Positions 32,102-34,715 of a stretch of 34,715 bases of DNA are shown here, one piece after another (the first letter of the stretch is position 1; each line of letters begins with the position of its first letter). The stretch covers positions 20,575-55,289 of the forward strand of contig MGGO01000008.1 in the NCBI GenBank assembly GCA_001792465.1. The letters run 5' to 3'. The position numbers were made by a program, and so were the translations under genes. Source of the stretch: Candidatus Woesebacteria bacterium RIFCSPHIGHO2_01_FULL_44_10 (lineage in GTDB: Bacteria > Patescibacteriota > Microgenomatia > UBA8517). The notes beneath the pieces were generated by a model, which ran no database searches, was not told the DNA's origin, and saw only the letters and a list, made by a program, of their open reading frames with translations.

Positions 32102-32638
32102 ATGGCAACAGCAGAAAGAACGGCTGAAAAAAGAACAAACTTTGGAAAGATAACTAGAAGGGATTTCTTAAGGGTAGGTTTCGCGGCTTTACTCAGTAGC
32201 TTGCCTGCTGTCCAAACAGCAAGCACGTTAATTAATTCTCCCGCCGAAAGTGAAACTTCTGAGGAATCAAGAAACATAGATCACAGCAGGAGCGTTTACT
32301 CACACGCCAACGAAAGAGAAAATAACCTAACTCCAGTAACACTAAAAAACGGGGACCTGATTACTTGGAAGTGGAACGATCCTGGGGGATTCGAAGCTGT
32401 ATTCAAGGTTGATGTTAGTTTGGAACCAGACCTAAATTTTGGTGCGACCATAGTCCCAGAACACGTACGTGAACAGGGAACAGCCATTTGGGGGTACAGC
32501 TCCCTTGTACCAATTACGGGTGACATGGAATTTCATACAGAGGAGGTAAGAGGTTTGCAAATTAATGGTAAGCCTGTTGTTTGTCGTGCGGAAACATTTT
32601 CTCCAAGGCAGATGAGCGATTGTTTCCTCCAAAATTAA
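32102..32638 (+). CDS. Secreted protein with a twin-arginine (Tat) signal peptide
   Basis: The N-terminus KITRRDFLRVGFAALLSSLPAVQTAS matches the S/T-R-R-x-F-L-K consensus. The mature part is not recognised. Confidence 0.7.
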   Translation: MATAERTAEKRTNFGKITRRDFLRVGFAALLSSLPAVQTASTLINSPAESETSEESRNIDHSRSVYSHANERENNLTPVTLKNGDLITWKWNDPGGFEAVFKVDVSLEPDLNFGATIVPEHVREQGTAIWGYSSLVPITGDMEFHTEEVRGLQINGKPVVCRAETFSPRQMSDCFLQN

Positions 32639-32684
32639 AGTAGACAAACAAGTTTTAATATAATATTACAATTAGGGGCAATTC

Positions 32685-33455
32685 ATGTCCGAAGACGTAA
32701 TCACAAGACGAACTGCTTTAAAGACCTTTGGATTTGCTCTTGGCTCTATTCTGGCTTCCCCAAAAGAATCCGTCAAATCCTTACAAAGAGCTTCTGACTG
32801 GAAGTTAGCGTCTCAAAAACAAAAGAAGTGGCAAGAATTCCAAAAATCTGAAGAATTTAGGAAATTAAATATAGAACATGGTACCAGAGGTGCGGAATTT
32901 GACTTTGGGCAATATGGTTACGCAGAAGCAGAAGGGGCTAGATATTTTGATGGAGCGCCAGTAAGGCACGATGTTAATTTTTTCTTCTCTTCAGTCACTT
33001 TTGACGAGGAAACCCAACAATGGAACCCAAACCCAGAATTTCTAGCTGGGTTTGTCTATGGATATCGTGAGGAGGAAGGGCAAGGTTTAAAAAATTATTT
33101 CACTGGAGAAGAATTTTTGGCTGACTCAAGAACACTCTTTATACACGGTCAAAGGTGGATCGATGGTCTTGGCTGGATTCGCTTAGTCCCAGAAACAGAA
33201 AATAGGCAAAACGCCTCACAGATAAAAATTTACACTTCTTATAATACCGTTGGTAGGGAAGAACCAATAGAGTTTATTGTAGCGGAATCAACCAGGATTC
33301 CTCTAACCCTTGAGGCTACTTACATCAAGAATTCGGGGCGAAGGACAATGCAAAATCCTGCAGGGCATTACTACCTGATCAGCTGTTGGCCGTTCAACGA
33401 AGAAGGGCCAAACACCAGGGAAAGACAGGTTTATAGTCTTCGTAAAGTCAACTAG
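32685..33455 (+). CDS. Exported protein with a Tat-like signal; possible sortase-like cysteine transpeptidase fold (tentative)
   Basis: Signal VITRRTALKTFGFALGSILAS, and AGGGG SD 8 nt upstream of the ATG. The C-terminal part has His154 (LFIHGQR), Cys234 (YYLISC) and Arg247 (C+13, RERQVY). This echoes S. aureus SrtA, which has LITC...NE...R at C+13. Confidence 0.6.
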   Translation: MSEDVITRRTALKTFGFALGSILASPKESVKSLQRASDWKLASQKQKKWQEFQKSEEFRKLNIEHGTRGAEFDFGQYGYAEAEGARYFDGAPVRHDVNFFFSSVTFDEETQQWNPNPEFLAGFVYGYREEEGQGLKNYFTGEEFLADSRTLFIHGQRWIDGLGWIRLVPETENRQNASQIKIYTSYNTVGREEPIEFIVAESTRIPLTLEATYIKNSGRRTMQNPAGHYYLISCWPFNEEGPNTRERQVYSLRKVN

Positions 33456-33509
33456 ACACCACAGATTATTGACTTCTACACTTTTTTTACTCTAAGCTAG
33501 AGTTACAGT

Positions 33510-34181
33510 ATGCCCAACGAAACTAGTGGTTTTGCAAAACTTAAACTAGTCACGGTAACAATAATTTCATTGATCGTCGGACTTTCTTTGGTTATTACAT
33601 TATTAGTTCTACTAAGGCTCGGTAAACTCGAATTTAACACCTATCTCCTTAGAAAAAACCCTTTGATCAATAGCTATTTTCTTCCACCAGGCGAATTGGT
33701 GGTAATATCTAATCATCCGAACTATAGTTTAATGATTAACAACGCTCCATTACTATTAGGATATGCAGATAAGGTTGGGTTATTCCGAAAGTCTGGAATT
33801 TCTTTCCCTTTCCAAAAGGGAGTTCGTATCGACAAGCTGGTGGTTTTCGTAACAAGTGAGGACGGTCCTTCGTCGGGGCAAAACTCATCCCAAGTTTTAT
33901 CCCCGTTGTCAATTTCCAGTATACGAGTCGACAATGAGAACAACTCTCATTCTCTACTGTTTACTTTTAGCATTAATGAAAAATTTATCACTCAGCAAAA
34001 TGTTAGCAATCGTGAGCTGTCCACAAATTTAAATTCCATGGTTCTATTCAACATAGAAACTACTTTACTCGATAAAAAAATTGATATGCAAAAATGGCAA
34101 GATATTTTATCTAATTACCAGGCTATGATGGAGCACGTGTTTGAACAAAATAAAATTCCAATCCTTGTTCAAAACAGATAA
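33510..34181 (+). CDS. N-terminally membrane-anchored hypothetical protein
   Basis: A single N-terminal TM helix (LVTVTIISLIVGLSLVITLLVLL) and a Ser/Asn-rich ectodomain. No family recognised. Confidence 0.6.
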   Translation: MPNETSGFAKLKLVTVTIISLIVGLSLVITLLVLLRLGKLEFNTYLLRKNPLINSYFLPPGELVVISNHPNYSLMINNAPLLLGYADKVGLFRKSGISFPFQKGVRIDKLVVFVTSEDGPSSGQNSSQVLSPLSISSIRVDNENNSHSLLFTFSINEKFITQQNVSNRELSTNLNSMVLFNIETTLLDKKIDMQKWQDILSNYQAMMEHVFEQNKIPILVQNR

Positions 34182-34185
34182 CTCA

Positions 34186-34715
34186 ATGAGAAAGGACAAT
34201 TTGATTATTTACTTTAGATCTACCTTGACAAGTTCATTAGTCATTTTATTTTCTTTCACAATTTTTCTCACCTGGATTTCCGAACCAGGCTTTCTTAAGC
34301 CGAAAGATGTTTTAGCGCAAGAATGCTATCAAGTATGTAATCAGTGTGACCCTCAAGGCTGTTATTGCACTATAATATGCCCAGGATTTCCACCTGCCCC
34401 TCCTCCAGAATGCAGATCTGGTGGCTGTTGCGAGCTTGGTGTGAACTGCGGTGATGTGCCAGTCCCAACAGATGCAGCAGGGAATCCGATTACACCTGGT
34501 GAGTGTAGATGTGAGGATAATATTGAGTGTTGCGCAGGGTACAGGGAGTATGATGGGCAGGAAACAACTCTTTATCTTTCAGTGAAAGACAAAGAGTCAG
34601 CAGTGCCCAACCCATACATCGAATACAAAAGAAGCGGGAATGGGCAAGCTGCGAACAATGTCATTGTTGATGTGGGGGACACCATTTACTTTTATCCCTC
34701 TCCTGCTTTCAGGAG
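34186..34715 (+). CDS. Cys-rich exported protein, 3'-truncated by the window end
   Basis: Not in the ORF track because the reading frame stays open to the window end. N-terminal TM/signal (LTSSLVILFSFTIFLTW), then 14 Cys in ~80 aa (ECYQVCNQCDPQGCYCTIICPG ... GGCCELGVNCG ... GECRCEDNIECCAGY). Confidence 0.6.
   Translation, partial: MRKDNLIIYFRSTLTSSLVILFSFTIFLTWISEPGFLKPKDVLAQECYQVCNQCDPQGCYCTIICPGFPPAPPPECRSGGCCELGVNCGDVPVPTDAAGNPITPGECRCEDNIECCAGYREYDGQETTLYLSVKDKESAVPNPYIEYKRSGNGQAANNVIVDVGDTIYFYPSPAFR

Noticed and set aside
1-34715. Search for CRISPR arrays, rRNA, tRNA, transposase or integrase genes, and inteins
   Set aside because: There are no regularly spaced direct repeats of 25-40 nt. 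No intergenic segment has a tRNA cloverleaf or T-loop (GTTCRANYC-like) signature or rRNA-like sequence. No ORF has recombinase, DDE or HNH-intein motifs. The intergenic space is very small apart from 18024-18160, 28041-28368, 29629-29750 and 31833-32101.
1-34715. Alternative genetic code (UGA as a sense codon, as in some candidate-phyla bacteria)
   Set aside because: TGA clearly terminates well-conserved proteins at their expected lengths and takes part in many ATGA stop/start overlaps (1567, 4111, 9463, 10861, 15466, 17112, 24995). The standard code 11 fits.
28032-34715. Claiming a compositional (GC) shift for the accessory region
   Set aside because: Hand counts of a few 60-nt lines gave 35-45% GC in the ATPase gene, but similar values (38-55%) in core genes. 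This is too noisy to support a claim without a proper sliding-window calculation.

Overview
A 34.7-kb bacterial window using the standard genetic code: TGA is a stop in many ATGA stop/start overlaps. Positions 1-18,023 are an almost uninterrupted, tightly packed plus-strand run of housekeeping genes: an in-frame gatC-gatA fusion, gatB, an MFS transporter, dnaE, rplS, ruvC, a short holA-like gene, a HAD phosphatase, PGI/PMI, ppsA, eno, gpmI and dedA. Positions 18.1-28.0 kb form a DNA-damage locus. lexA is translationally coupled to an unrecognised basic 143-aa ORF, a retropepsin-like gene lies divergent from it, and then come uvrB, uvrA, a secreted transglutaminase-like protein and a short uvrC. 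Positions 28.0-34.7 kb look accessory. They hold three tiny coupled ORFs, a COG1373/DUF4143 AAA ATPase with a nuclease-like tail, a minus-strand methyltransferase / nucleotidyltransferase-like / NUDIX operon, and a cluster of Tat- or Sec-exported proteins. One exported protein has a sortase-like His/Cys/Arg layout and another is Cys-rich. This accessory part is punctuated by three copies of a palindromic promoter-like module. An exact 19-bp duplication of the uvrC 3' end brackets about 3.95 kb of it. I found no rRNA, tRNA, CRISPR array, transposase or integrase. Many operon-first genes have a -10 box only 5-12 nt upstream of the start codon, which suggests leaderless mRNAs. Gene content and compaction resemble a small-genome Patescibacteria/CPR-like bacterium, but that is inference only. 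All family assignments come from reading motifs by eye; no database search was run.
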